This document shows positions 30,259-40,012 of a DNA stretch of 64,000 nt, piece by piece. Position 1 is the first letter of the stretch. The number at the start of each line of letters is the position of its first letter. The notes under the pieces were generated by a model. The model saw only the letters and a program-made list of their open reading frames with translations, was not told the DNA's origin and did not search any database. The stretch comes from an uncultured Klebsiella sp. (GTDB lineage: Bacteria > Pseudomonadota > Gammaproteobacteria > Ga0077536): the NCBI GenBank assembly GCA_964555355.1, contig CAZKRY010000016.1, positions 28,542 to 92,541 of the forward strand, in the 5' to 3' direction. A program made the translations under genes and the position numbers.

Positions 30259-30753
30259 ATGAAACTACATCTTGACCAACGCCAATTTGATCTCGTGTTG
30301 ACGGCGCGCAACCCACGCCCGCGGGTTTGTATCGACACGATCCCCTTTGAGTTTACGGAATCAACCCCGCCCGGGAGATCTCCCGCCGAACTCACGGTGA
30401 ATGGGCAAACCTTTAGTCTCTGGCGGGCGGCGGAGAGCGATCGCGTGCATGTCAAACTTGGGTTGCGCGTATTTTCGGTGACTCTCGAAGACTTGTTGCA
30501 AGCGGCGACGACCAGCGATAGCGCGAACGAAATTCGCGCGGATATGCCGGGCGTCGCGGTGGCCGTACGCTGCGAGGTTGGGGCGACCGTCGAAGCAGGC
30601 GCCCCACTACTGGTCATCGAATCGATGAAAATGCAATTGACCTTGGTCGCCCCGCGCGCCGGTGTGGTCGCGGCCGTGCACGTCGCGGAGAACCAATCGT
30701 TTCAAAAGGGCACCGTGCTGGTCGCCTTGCAGCCCGGAGATTTCCCGCGATGA
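30259..30753 (+). CDS. biotin carboxyl carrier (biotinyl-domain) protein, separate ORF
   Basis: The C-terminal biotinyl-domain motif ...PLLVIESMKMQLTLVAPRAGVV (E-S-M-K-M) is present. The stop overlaps the ATG of the carboxyltransferase gene (ATGA). Confidence 0.7.
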   Translation: MKLHLDQRQFDLVLTARNPRPRVCIDTIPFEFTESTPPGRSPAELTVNGQTFSLWRAAESDRVHVKLGLRVFSVTLEDLLQAATTSDSANEIRADMPGVAVAVRCEVGATVEAGAPLLVIESMKMQLTLVAPRAGVVAAVHVAENQSFQKGTVLVALQPGDFPR

Positions 30754-32357
30754 GCCGTATTCGCTCTCACTTAAACACCTCGAGTGCCGAGTACCGCGCA
30801 AACTACTTGGCGAGTCAACAACGAATCCAAGAATTTCGCGCGCGCCAAGAAGCCGCCCGCACCGCGCGCCCGGCGCGCGATGTCGAGCGGCTACGCAAGC
30901 AAGGCAAGCTGATGCCGCGCGAGCGGTTGGATTTACTGCTCGATCCCGGCACCCCGTTCCTGGAGCTCTCGTCGCTCGCCGCCAACATGGAATACGACGG
31001 CGAGTCGCCGAGTGCGAGTTGCATTACCGGTATCGGCGCCGTCAGCGGCCGCGAAGTCATCGTGCACGCCGACGATTCGAGCATCAAAGGCGGCGCTTGG
31101 TACCCATTGACGATCAAAAAAATTGTACGCTGTCTCGATATCGCGCTCGAAAACCGATTGCCCGTGATCCACCTCTGCGACAGTGCCGGTGGATTCCTGC
31201 CTTTGCAGTCGGAACTTTTTCCGGATAAACACATGGCCGGTCGCATCTTCCGCAACCAGGCGATGCTGAGCAAATTGAATGTCAAGCAGCTCGCCTTGGT
31301 GTTCGGACACTGTACCGCGGGCGGGGCCTACATCCCGGCGCTTTCCGATTACGCGGTCATCGTGCGTGGAACCGGCGCGGTGTTTTTAGGCGGACCGCCG
31401 CTCGTGAAGGCGGCGACGGGCGAAATCGTGACGGTGGACGAGCTTGGTGGCTGTGATCTGCACACCCAGATCAGCGGTACCTGCGACTATCCGGCCGACA
31501 GCGAGCGCCACGCGATCGCGATCGGCCGCGATATCGTCGCGCAATGGGATCGCGGGACTAAATGGTCTGCGCAGCGGGACGCCGTGGAAGCGCCGTACTA
31601 TCCGGCGGAAGAGTTATACGGCATCGTGCCGGATGACATTAAACGCGGTTTCGACATGCGTGAAGTCATCGCCCGTTTGGTCGACGGCAGCCGCTTCCAC
31701 GAATACCAACCCGCGTACGGCACCACGCTGGTCTGCGGTTATGCCAACCTGTGGGGCTACAAGGTAGGCATTCTTGCCAACAACGGCGTGTTGTTCAACG
31801 ACAGCGCGCTGAAGGGCGCGCATTTCATCGAACTCTGCAATCAAAATGCGACACCGCTAGTGTTTCTGCAAAACATCACAGGCTACATGGTCGGCAAAGA
31901 GTACGAGGCGCGCGGAATTACCAAAGACGGTGCCAAAATGATCATGGCGCAATCTTGCAGCCGCGTGCCGAAGTTCACCGTCATGTGTCACGGCTCGTTC
32001 GGCGCCGGCAATTACGGCATGTGCGGGCGGGCGTACGATGCGCGCTTTTTGTTTGCATGGCCCAACCATCAAATCGGCGTCATGGGCGGCGAACAAGCCG
32101 CGCGCACGCTTGCCGAAGTCAAAACACGTCAATTGGAGCGCAATGGGCAAGCGTTGGACGCGGCGGTGATCGACGGCGTCTATCAAGACACGCTGAAAGC
32201 GTATCAGGAGCAACTCTCGGCGTATTATTCAACGTCTAACCTGTGGGACGACGGTCTGCTCGATCCGGTTGATACCCGCAACGCGCTGGGGATTGCGCTC
32301 AGCGTGTCGCTCAACGCGCCACTCGATCCGGTGGGTTATGGGGTCTTTCGTTTCTAA
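30750..32357 (+). CDS. methylcrotonyl-CoA carboxylase beta subunit-like carboxyltransferase
   Basis: 535-aa ORF whose carboxyltransferase blocks and size are typical of MCC beta or PCC beta. Confidence 0.8.
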   Translation: MSRIRSHLNTSSAEYRANYLASQQRIQEFRARQEAARTARPARDVERLRKQGKLMPRERLDLLLDPGTPFLELSSLAANMEYDGESPSASCITGIGAVSGREVIVHADDSSIKGGAWYPLTIKKIVRCLDIALENRLPVIHLCDSAGGFLPLQSELFPDKHMAGRIFRNQAMLSKLNVKQLALVFGHCTAGGAYIPALSDYAVIVRGTGAVFLGGPPLVKAATGEIVTVDELGGCDLHTQISGTCDYPADSERHAIAIGRDIVAQWDRGTKWSAQRDAVEAPYYPAEELYGIVPDDIKRGFDMREVIARLVDGSRFHEYQPAYGTTLVCGYANLWGYKVGILANNGVLFNDSALKGAHFIELCNQNATPLVFLQNITGYMVGKEYEARGITKDGAKMIMAQSCSRVPKFTVMCHGSFGAGNYGMCGRAYDARFLFAWPNHQIGVMGGEQAARTLAEVKTRQLERNGQALDAAVIDGVYQDTLKAYQEQLSAYYSTSNLWDDGLLDPVDTRNALGIALSVSLNAPLDPVGYGVFRF

Positions 32358-33219
32358 GCGCACGAAAAATTGGTGGCCTCTTTGCGCCACTACCCTATTC
32401 GTATTCACCATGTGTGCCCGTGCGCTCGCTATCGATCCCGGTACGGCCGAAGGTCTGCTGGAACGCGATGGGGATTCCTTCGCGTTGAGTGACGCGAGTG
32501 TATTTCGCTTCGACGATCGCGTGCACCTTGCCCAGCACACTGATTCCCGACCGGCGTTGCGTATCTTTCTCGCGAGCGGCAACGTGAATGAAGCCTTGTT
32601 ACGCGAAGTTGACACCCGCGCGCTCGCGCGCGACGTGCAACGTACGCGCGTCCCGGGCGTCTTGTTAGAGTTACCGCCGGACGCCACGGGCGCGGAGTTA
32701 TCGGCAACGCTGCGGGTGTTCCCGGCGCCTCCCGGCATCCCGCTGTACACCGTTTACGCGGATGCCAAAGTAACGTTGCAGCAGTCGAGTAATCGCGTTA
32801 CCGGGACCGTGCAGTTTCAAGCGCGCAACGAAGACTTAAGCGTTAGCGCGCGCTTCTCCGCCCCACTCTTTCATGAGGAGCCGCCGCTTGAAGATTTGCG
32901 CGGCGAAAACGCGCGAGAGAGTGCGCCGGCCACCGCCTTGCTTGATTTCGAGGAACGGCTTAGGGCGCGCGATTTTAGCGGCGCACGCACGGTGGTCACA
33001 CCGGAGATGTTGCCGCAGATTATTGATTTAGAGCAGCGGGCAAACGAACCTGAGTTCGCCGCCCTTTTTAGCGCGCGTTTACCGGAACGAGCCATCCGGC
33101 GCGGACAAATCTCGCAAGCGGCAATCTATCGTGAGGTGGCTTACGTGGTGGTCAACGAGCGAAGCAGCTCGTTGACCACGTTGCGTAAACTCAAAGGACA
33201 GTGGCGCATCGACGAGTAA
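32338..33219 (+). CDS. secreted hypothetical protein
   Basis: ATG at 32338 gives MGSFVSKRTKNWWPLCATTLFVFTMCARALA, a signal-peptide-like leader. No recognised domain. The start is uncertain. Confidence 0.4.
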   Translation: MGSFVSKRTKNWWPLCATTLFVFTMCARALAIDPGTAEGLLERDGDSFALSDASVFRFDDRVHLAQHTDSRPALRIFLASGNVNEALLREVDTRALARDVQRTRVPGVLLELPPDATGAELSATLRVFPAPPGIPLYTVYADAKVTLQQSSNRVTGTVQFQARNEDLSVSARFSAPLFHEEPPLEDLRGENARESAPATALLDFEERLRARDFSGARTVVTPEMLPQIIDLEQRANEPEFAALFSARLPERAIRRGQISQAAIYREVAYVVVNERSSSLTTLRKLKGQWRIDE

Positions 33220-33226
33220 TTTTAAC

Positions 33227-35269
33227 CTACCGAAAAACGCTGATATCGAGCGCCGCGGTCGCGGTACCGCCGCGTCCATCGCTGATGGTGTAATAGACGA
33301 TGCTACGCGCCGTTGCATTACCCGTACTTTCAAAGCGAATTTGATTATTCACGATGGTGAGCTTGCCGAGTGGCGTTGTCCCAATTTTGGTAATCGTCAA
33401 CGCGTCGCCATCCGGATCCGAATCGTTGGCAAGCACATTCAACATCGTCGTCGTTTTCGTCCGCAATCCGTACACATCCGTCTTTGCAATTGGTGCGCGG
33501 TTTGCGCTGACGACTGATGCGCGCGTGGTGACGGAGAAGGTGGTCGACGGCGAAGTCTCATTGCCGAAAGCGTCACGCGCTTTTACTCGATACTGATAAA
33601 GCGTGCTCGCGGCGAGGCCGGTCGGCGCGTAATCGCGCCCGTTCAGCCAACCACTCGACACGCAGCCGGCCCCGCCGGCCACGCACTCAAAGAGGTACTG
33701 CACGGCGCTGCCCGCATCATCGATGGCGGTGACCGCGCGCATCGTCACGGAACTCGCGGACAAGGCGCTCGGCACCACTTCGAAGGTCATCGGATTTGGC
33801 GCAGGCGGAACGAGGTTGGCAACGCCAACCGGGATCTGCCCACTCAAACTGTAATGACCAATACTCGCGTAATCGCTATAAGGGATAGAGGGATCGCCGA
33901 CGCCTGAGACTTGTAGAAAATAACGCCCGGCAGCCGGTAACGCGACCGAGAGTGTTGCGCCAGTCGCGCCGTTGGGGCTGGCCGTGCCGATTAGCGCGCC
34001 ACCTTGATTAAAAAGTTGGAGCTGCACATCTAGATTGCCGCCAGCGGTATTGACCGGCATACGATGCGGGGTGGCGGTAATCGTGGCACTTCCCACCGCG
34101 GCATCGAAATAAAAAACGTCGACATCGGCTGCTGTTCCGATCACACCCTTATTTTGCGTAGTTGTGCTCGTGGGATCGGTCAGTATGTTGAGCGACGAAA
34201 TAACACCGCCACTCGCCGTCACCAACGGTGAGGCGGAAGCATTGGTGTTCCCGTGTTCGTCAGCGCGCTGGCCCAACTTGGCGGTCACGATCGCGATGTC
34301 GTCTTGCGGGTTGTTCGCGCCGGGATACTCGCCTTTACTCCATTGGCTAACGTTGTCGGAGTAGCCGGTCCCCATGATCGGGCCCCAAGACGCGGCGCCC
34401 GCGCCGTGACCGCCGTAGTACTGGACCGTGCTCGTACCATCGTGGCTCAAGCCCATGTTGTGGCCGACTTCGTGCGAGATCGCTTCCGCGACGTAGTCTT
34501 CACGGCCACCTCCCAAATTGTTGAAGTACACGAGCGCCGGCTGATAGGTCGTAAAGTAACTCTGGCCGAACACATCGATGTAAGCCACACCACCCGCGCC
34601 GCGGTACGGCATCGAGACGCCCGTTGAGGTGACATCGCGGGTGATGACCACACGCGCGGTGCGCGCGCCGAATACCGCCGGCGATTGCGTCGTCACGTCC
34701 ACGTTGAATGGCGCGTAGTCTTCGGCGACCCGGCGCCAAATGTTGATGACGTTATTGCTTTCGGCGGTTGAAAACGACGCCGGTGCGGCATCCAAGTCGT
34801 AGGGCACGGCGTTCAACGTACTTGTGCCTGTGCTGGAGTTCCACGCAGTGCCGGAAATCGCGTGGCCATCGAAATCAAGATAAATGACATTCGGCGCGCC
34901 AGGTTTGCTATGCAAAGTAAAGGCATCGGCTGGAGCAATGGTGCTTCCCACCACAGGCAACGTGGCGGCGACGGCCGTCCCGCTCGCCGTCGGCGCAGGA
35001 TCGACATATATCGCGCCGCCTTCTTTATCGACATCGATGAACGGCACGTCCGCCGAAGGGAAATTCATACGATGCAGCCATCGCATCGCGCGCGCGCGCC
35101 GTTCTGGCGACATCTTTTCCAATTTGGCGCGCAGATTACTCTGCGGTAAGTCAGCGATTGCGAATGGTCGGTCTTTGCCGAACATTCGCGCTGCTTGTGA
35201 AGCCGGACTCAAGCTGAGGATTAACAACGCGGAAAAACAACTCACCACCACACGTCCCGTGCATTTCAT
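33227..35269 (-). CDS. secreted metzincin-like zinc metalloprotease with C-terminal beta-sandwich (pre-peptidase/FN3/cadherin-like) domains
   Basis: Signal peptide (MKCTGRVVVSCFSALLILSLSPASQA), the zinc motif HEVGHNMGLSHD (HExxHxxGxxH) and Gly/Thr-rich beta-sandwich repeats with a C-terminal cadherin-like region (VLANDSDPDGDALT). Confidence 0.65.
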   Translation of the reverse strand: MKCTGRVVVSCFSALLILSLSPASQAARMFGKDRPFAIADLPQSNLRAKLEKMSPERRARAMRWLHRMNFPSADVPFIDVDKEGGAIYVDPAPTASGTAVAATLPVVGSTIAPADAFTLHSKPGAPNVIYLDFDGHAISGTAWNSSTGTSTLNAVPYDLDAAPASFSTAESNNVINIWRRVAEDYAPFNVDVTTQSPAVFGARTARVVITRDVTSTGVSMPYRGAGGVAYIDVFGQSYFTTYQPALVYFNNLGGGREDYVAEAISHEVGHNMGLSHDGTSTVQYYGGHGAGAASWGPIMGTGYSDNVSQWSKGEYPGANNPQDDIAIVTAKLGQRADEHGNTNASASPLVTASGGVISSLNILTDPTSTTTQNKGVIGTAADVDVFYFDAAVGSATITATPHRMPVNTAGGNLDVQLQLFNQGGALIGTASPNGATGATLSVALPAAGRYFLQVSGVGDPSIPYSDYASIGHYSLSGQIPVGVANLVPPAPNPMTFEVVPSALSASSVTMRAVTAIDDAGSAVQYLFECVAGGAGCVSSGWLNGRDYAPTGLAASTLYQYRVKARDAFGNETSPSTTFSVTTRASVVSANRAPIAKTDVYGLRTKTTTMLNVLANDSDPDGDALTITKIGTTPLGKLTIVNNQIRFESTGNATARSIVYYTISDGRGGTATAALDISVFR

Positions 35270-35532
35270 CTCTAGTACTCCCTGATGTTCTTTTTTCAAC
35301 CAGCGAGTCACGCGGATATCGCGCGACCGAAGTTAGTTATAGAAGATGAATATTGATGGACGCGTGACAGAAGTCTTGTTTAAGGGCTTCGAATTGGCGG
35401 GTTCATCACAGATAAAGCGTTGGGTTTAAGGGCGACGGCGGCTCGGACCGACGGTGTTGGGAAAGATTCTTTTTACTTGCGCCAGACTCGCGGTGCGAGG
35501 TATAAGGCGCGCAACGGAACTTCGGGCATCTC

Positions 35533-37005
35533 ATGGTCACGACGGCCACACGTAATCATTCGGCACTAGCACTTCCACTCGGTTTCAAGCTTTTTTGGTA
35601 CGAAATCGACGCCGTACTCGGCCAGGGTGGTTTCGGCATCACCTACCTCGCGCGCGATACCAATCTCGCGCAGCCGGTTGCAATCAAAGAATATTTACCG
35701 GTGCTGTGCGCGACGCGAGACGCGACGAGTCAAGTCGTGCCTGTCTCGGCGACGGCGGCGTTGGACTATCGCTGGGGACTCGATCGTTTTATCGATGAGG
35801 GGCGGGTCCTCGCCAAATTTGATCATCCGGCGGTCGCGCGTGTGCATTCCGTATTCGAGGCGCAAGGAACGGCGTACCTAGTGATGCGCTACGAAGAAGG
35901 CGAGTCGCTTGAATCTCTGCTGAAACGCGAGCGACAAATCCCCGAATCTCGTTTGCGCGCAATCCTGCACGATGTCATGTCGGGGCTCGAGCGCATGCAC
36001 ACGGATGGCTACTTACATCGCGATGTCAAACCTGCCAATGTTTATTTACGCGCCAACGGACAAGCGCTGCTCATCGATTTTGGCGCCGCGCGGCAAGCCC
36101 TGAGCAGTCATTCGCATTCCTTGACGACGCTGGTATCACCCGGATACGCGCCGTTTGAACAGTACCGCAGCGATGCCGCGTCACAAGGACCGTGGACGGA
36201 TATCTACGGCTTGGCCGCGACCGCGTACCGCGCAGTGGCCGGTGTTGCACCCGTCCCGGCACTCGATCGCAGCCATCAAATACTGGAGGGGTCTGGCGAT
36301 CCGCTACCTCAGCTCACGCAGTCCGGTCTTGCACATTATTCGTTTGGTTTGCTCGCGGCGCTCGATCGTGCGCTGGCGTTCAATGCGGCCGCGCGACCGC
36401 AAACCGTGGCCGAATTTCGCGCGCTATTACAAAATGACGAGGCAGCCACCGGACGCCCACTCCTCGTGGAATTTGCACCGTCGCCCCTCGACGAATTCGT
36501 ACCAACCATACGCGAAGCGGTCTCGCCCGCGACGTTGTTGCTCAACGCACAGCGGCGCCCGCGAAAGTCCGCGCTCGCCGGGATCGCCCTTGGCGTGGCC
36601 GTCGGCGTGCTGGCTTTGTCATTGTGGCGTACGCCCGCTACGCAAGAAGCTCCCGTTCGCATACCGGCGGCGCCCACGTCTCTCGAGCCGCCTTCGATAA
36701 CCGAACTGCTCGCGGCCGCGGACGCTGACTTGCACGCGATGCGATTAACCGTGCCAACCGACAACAACGCGTTGCTTAAGTACCGAGAAGTCCTCGCGCG
36801 CGATCCCACTAACGCGACCGCGCATGCCGGACTCGCGCGTATCGTCGGGCGCTATCTCGATTTGGCGACGGCGGCCGCGCATTCACGGCGAATTGATGAA
36901 GCTCGTGAATATTTGACAAAAGCGCGCCACGTCGACGCCTCGGATAAGCGTATTGAGGCGGCGGAAGCGGCGCTCACGCGTTCGTTTGCCGCGGCAGGCC
37001 CATAG
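35533..37005 (+). CDS. Ser/Thr protein kinase with TM segment and C-terminal TPR-like region
   Basis: Hanks-type kinase motifs: GQGGFGITY, AIKEY, HRDVKPANV, DFG and SPGYAPFEQ. A hydrophobic segment LAGIALGVAVGVLALSLW follows. Confidence 0.8.
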   Translation: MVTTATRNHSALALPLGFKLFWYEIDAVLGQGGFGITYLARDTNLAQPVAIKEYLPVLCATRDATSQVVPVSATAALDYRWGLDRFIDEGRVLAKFDHPAVARVHSVFEAQGTAYLVMRYEEGESLESLLKRERQIPESRLRAILHDVMSGLERMHTDGYLHRDVKPANVYLRANGQALLIDFGAARQALSSHSHSLTTLVSPGYAPFEQYRSDAASQGPWTDIYGLAATAYRAVAGVAPVPALDRSHQILEGSGDPLPQLTQSGLAHYSFGLLAALDRALAFNAAARPQTVAEFRALLQNDEAATGRPLLVEFAPSPLDEFVPTIREAVSPATLLLNAQRRPRKSALAGIALGVAVGVLALSLWRTPATQEAPVRIPAAPTSLEPPSITELLAAADADLHAMRLTVPTDNNALLKYREVLARDPTNATAHAGLARIVGRYLDLATAAAHSRRIDEAREYLTKARHVDASDKRIEAAEAALTRSFAAAGP

Positions 37006-37019
37006 TTCACAAAAGCTAT

Positions 37020-38114
37020 CTAGGCCACCGCATCCAGTGGGCGCGTGTTCAGCGTTCGATAAAACGAATCGCGTTGTGCTGGTACAAACCCCATTGCCCG
37101 AATGACTTCCTCGGTGCGCTCGAGATTCGTCTTCGGCGCATGCCCCGCCTTCCCCAACACACTCTCCTCAAAGAGTAATCCGCCGAAATCATCCGCGCCC
37201 GCGAGCAAGCCGAGTTGTCCGGTACGCAGATCTTCGCTAAACCACGACGATTGCACGTGCGGCACGTTATCGAGAAAGAGTCGCGCGACCGCGATCAAGC
37301 GCAGATAAAAAAGCGGATGCGCCGCGATTTTCAAGCGCTTACCCAACGTCGAGTTGCCGGGCTTGAACGACCACGGGATAAAAGAACTAAACCCCCCGGT
37401 ACGATCTTGCAATGCGCGCACCGCACTCAAGTGGGCGACGATTTCACGCGGTGTTTCGACATGGCCGTACATCATGGTCGCGGTGGTTTTAAAACCAATC
37501 TCGTGAGCTTCTTCCATGATCCGCAACCAACGGTGGGCCGAACATTTGGTCGGCGCAATCAGTTGGCGTACGCGTTCGGCGAGCACTTCCGCGCCACCGC
37601 CCGGCATCGTCCGAATACCGACGGCGTAGAGTTCGGCGAGGATATCGCGCGACGCGAGACCGCTCTCATCGCTCAAAAAAGCGATTTCAGGCGGCGAAAA
37701 CGGATGAATATGGATGCTGGGACAACGTGTCTTGATCGCGTCAATGTATGCTAACCAATCCGCCAATCGGACTTCGGCGTTATGGCCACCCTGCAGTAGT
37801 ACAGTGGTGGCGCCAGCGTTCGCGGCGAGCTGCACCCGATCGGCCAGCGCGGCGGGCGTCAACGTATAGGCATCTTTCGCGCGATCGCTCCGCCAGAATG
37901 CGCAGAACTCGCATTTGGTGACACACACATTGGTGTAATTTGGATTTGTGTCATACACGTAAGTCACCGCGAGCTGCGGATGCATGCGCATTCGTACGCG
38001 GTGCGCGCGGGTCATGAGATCTCCCAACGGTTGCGCACCGGTCAGCAGTGCCAAGGCCTCGGCGTCGGTTAATCGCGTGCCTTCAGCCACGCGTGACAGT
38101 ATCAAGCTTTCCAA
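37020..38114 (-). CDS. radical-SAM enzyme of the MqnC/MqnE (CofH-like) family, futalosine pathway
   Basis: CxxxCxFC radical-SAM cluster motif (CVTKCEFCAF). The ~360-aa length is typical of the MqnC/MqnE family, and it is the last gene of the mqn operon. Confidence 0.7.
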   Translation of the reverse strand: MESLILSRVAEGTRLTDAEALALLTGAQPLGDLMTRAHRVRMRMHPQLAVTYVYDTNPNYTNVCVTKCEFCAFWRSDRAKDAYTLTPAALADRVQLAANAGATTVLLQGGHNAEVRLADWLAYIDAIKTRCPSIHIHPFSPPEIAFLSDESGLASRDILAELYAVGIRTMPGGGAEVLAERVRQLIAPTKCSAHRWLRIMEEAHEIGFKTTATMMYGHVETPREIVAHLSAVRALQDRTGGFSSFIPWSFKPGNSTLGKRLKIAAHPLFYLRLIAVARLFLDNVPHVQSSWFSEDLRTGQLGLLAGADDFGGLLFEESVLGKAGHAPKTNLERTEEVIRAMGFVPAQRDSFYRTLNTRPLDAVA

Positions 38115-38117
38115 TAT

Positions 38118-38927
38118 CTATCTCCTCAACTCATACGTAGCGGTGGGTTGGGTCAACACGGAATCCAGCCAGGGCCGCGCGTCGAGTTCCGCGGTGTAAC
38201 GTTGCTGGCCACGTAGCTCGGCTGCTCCAAGTTGGGTACGCATCCCGCGCAAATAAGCGACGGCCGCGCCGGGCGTAAGCGCGCCTTGCGCGCAGTCGCG
38301 GGCGGCGGTCAATTCGATAAGCGATAACTCGTTTGCACAATACGCGGCTAGCCACCACAGTAAGCGCGTGCGTACTGCGCGGGCCGCGCCGCGCCGGATA
38401 ACCCAACGCGCAAATACCATTGGCAAGCCGGTGTGTGCCGCCCACGCTTCAGCCAAATCCGTGACATGGGGGAACGGCCGAGCGTGGCGTGCGCGTAGCG
38501 CCGCGTCGCCGATCACGACTTCCGCCGTGACGCGTTCGCCCGCGCGCGCGACGCGCGGCAGACCAATCTGTGGTTTGCGCTCGGCCAGCAGTAGAAAAAG
38601 CAGGCGGACCGAACTCATCGACTCCTGCGATAGCTTGATCGTGCAACGCTCGTCGAGTTCGGCGAAGGGTCGCGCGGAAAAGCACAGCACACTCTGCACG
38701 GGACCAAACGCGGCAATTCCATAGGAACCGAGCATTTCCACGCGCTCGCCAAGGGCGGCGAGCCCCCCCACCGGCACCACGCCCGCCAGCGCGTCGCCGC
38801 GCGCCAGCGCCTCACACGCATCACGCGGCGGCATCGCTTGCAGCACAAATCCCGACGGTGCCCCGAGCGTCACGAATGCGCGATTATTGAGATACGGCGT
38901 GATAATCACCCGCGCCGGCGTCGTCAT
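38118..38927 (-). CDS. mqnA: MqnA-like chorismate dehydratase (PF02621 family)
   Basis: Start trimmed to the ATG at 38927 (MTTPARVIITPYLNNRAF), which forms an ATGA overlap with the upstream radical-SAM gene stop. N-terminal I..YLN motif and ~270-aa length fit MqnA. Confidence 0.6.
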   Translation of the reverse strand: MTTPARVIITPYLNNRAFVTLGAPSGFVLQAMPPRDACEALARGDALAGVVPVGGLAALGERVEMLGSYGIAAFGPVQSVLCFSARPFAELDERCTIKLSQESMSSVRLLFLLLAERKPQIGLPRVARAGERVTAEVVIGDAALRARHARPFPHVTDLAEAWAAHTGLPMVFARWVIRRGAARAVRTRLLWWLAAYCANELSLIELTAARDCAQGALTPGAAVAYLRGMRTQLGAAELRGQQRYTAELDARPWLDSVLTQPTATYELRR

Positions 38928-40012
38928 ATCGTGTTTCCGATCGCGAGGGGCCGGTAGTCGCCACCGCGTTCCACCGGCACATACCCTGCCTGCTCGATAA
39001 GGCGCCACATTTCTTGCCGGGCGAGCAGTTTGGGCGTCGTCGCGCCAGAGCCATGTGCGACTTTTTCCATGCCGATAGTACCGTCGAGATCGTCCGCTCC
39101 CCATGACAAACCCACCGCCGCCGTCTGCATGCCAATCATCGGCCAGTAGGCTTTGATATGCGGGATGTTGTCGAGAACCAAGCGCGCCATGGCGATCGTC
39201 GTAAGATTTTCCAGCGGCGCGATCGCACGCGAATTGCCTTCTCCGTATTGCATTGCCAAAGGAATGAACGATACGAAACCACCTGTTTTATCTTGGAGAT
39301 CCCGTAACCGGAACAAGTGCTGTAATCGTTCGACGAGCGTTTCGCCGAAGCCATACAACATCGTGGCGTTGGATGGGATCCCGATCCGATGAGCCCGTTC
39401 GTGCACCTCCAGCCATTCATCGGCACCGAGCTTGTAGCGAAAATGCGCTTGTCGGATCCTTTCCGAAAACATTTCGGCGCCACCGCCCGGCATGCTGCGC
39501 ATGCCGGCGGCCCGTAACGCGGTCAAAACCGTCTCGAGCGGCAGTTTCGCGGTGCGCGCGAACCAGTGCATTTCGACCGCGGTAAACGCTTTGATGTAGA
39601 GATCCGGGTAACGATCATGCAAGGCGGCCACCAGGTTCAACGAACGACGATAGTCCCACACATGATTCAAGCCGCCGACGATATGCACTTCGCGCGGCCC
39701 GTGCTTATCGACGGCGGCGAATATTTCCTCTTCGCTTTGCACATAGGCATGGTCTTCGCCCGGCTTGGCGGCGAAACCGCAGAATTTGCAGTCGCGCACG
39801 CAAATATTGGATGGATTGATTTGCAAGTTATCGACAAACGACGCGCGCAAACCATGTCGCGCCACGCGTGCCGCATTCGCCTGCTCGCGGATCCGCCAGA
39901 GGCTTTCATGGCGATCGTCGCTAAATAAATCGTACGCTTCGTCATACGTCAGCCGGGTGACGCCGGATCCGCTGCTTGGTCGCACGCCAAGTGGGGTTTG
40001 CACTGAATTCAT
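38924..40012 (-). CDS. radical-SAM enzyme of the MqnE/MqnC family (aminofutalosine synthase or cyclic DHFL synthase)
   Basis: CxxxCxFC motif (CVRDCKFCGF). It is paralogous to the ORF at 37020-38114 and has an ATGA overlap with the mqnB stop. Confidence 0.7.
   Translation of the reverse strand: MNSVQTPLGVRPSSGSGVTRLTYDEAYDLFSDDRHESLWRIREQANAARVARHGLRASFVDNLQINPSNICVRDCKFCGFAAKPGEDHAYVQSEEEIFAAVDKHGPREVHIVGGLNHVWDYRRSLNLVAALHDRYPDLYIKAFTAVEMHWFARTAKLPLETVLTALRAAGMRSMPGGGAEMFSERIRQAHFRYKLGADEWLEVHERAHRIGIPSNATMLYGFGETLVERLQHLFRLRDLQDKTGGFVSFIPLAMQYGEGNSRAIAPLENLTTIAMARLVLDNIPHIKAYWPMIGMQTAAVGLSWGADDLDGTIGMEKVAHGSGATTPKLLARQEMWRLIEQAGYVPVERGGDYRPLAIGNTI

Noticed and set aside
30180-30262. BC/BCCP split interpreted as a simple sequencing frameshift (pseudogene)
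   Set aside because: Stop codons occur in both the BC frame (30222-30224) and the BCCP frame (30244-30246). One indel cannot fuse the ORFs, and the BCCP ORF has its own start and is translationally coupled to the carboxyltransferase. Reported as separate CDSs, with the caveat left in findings.
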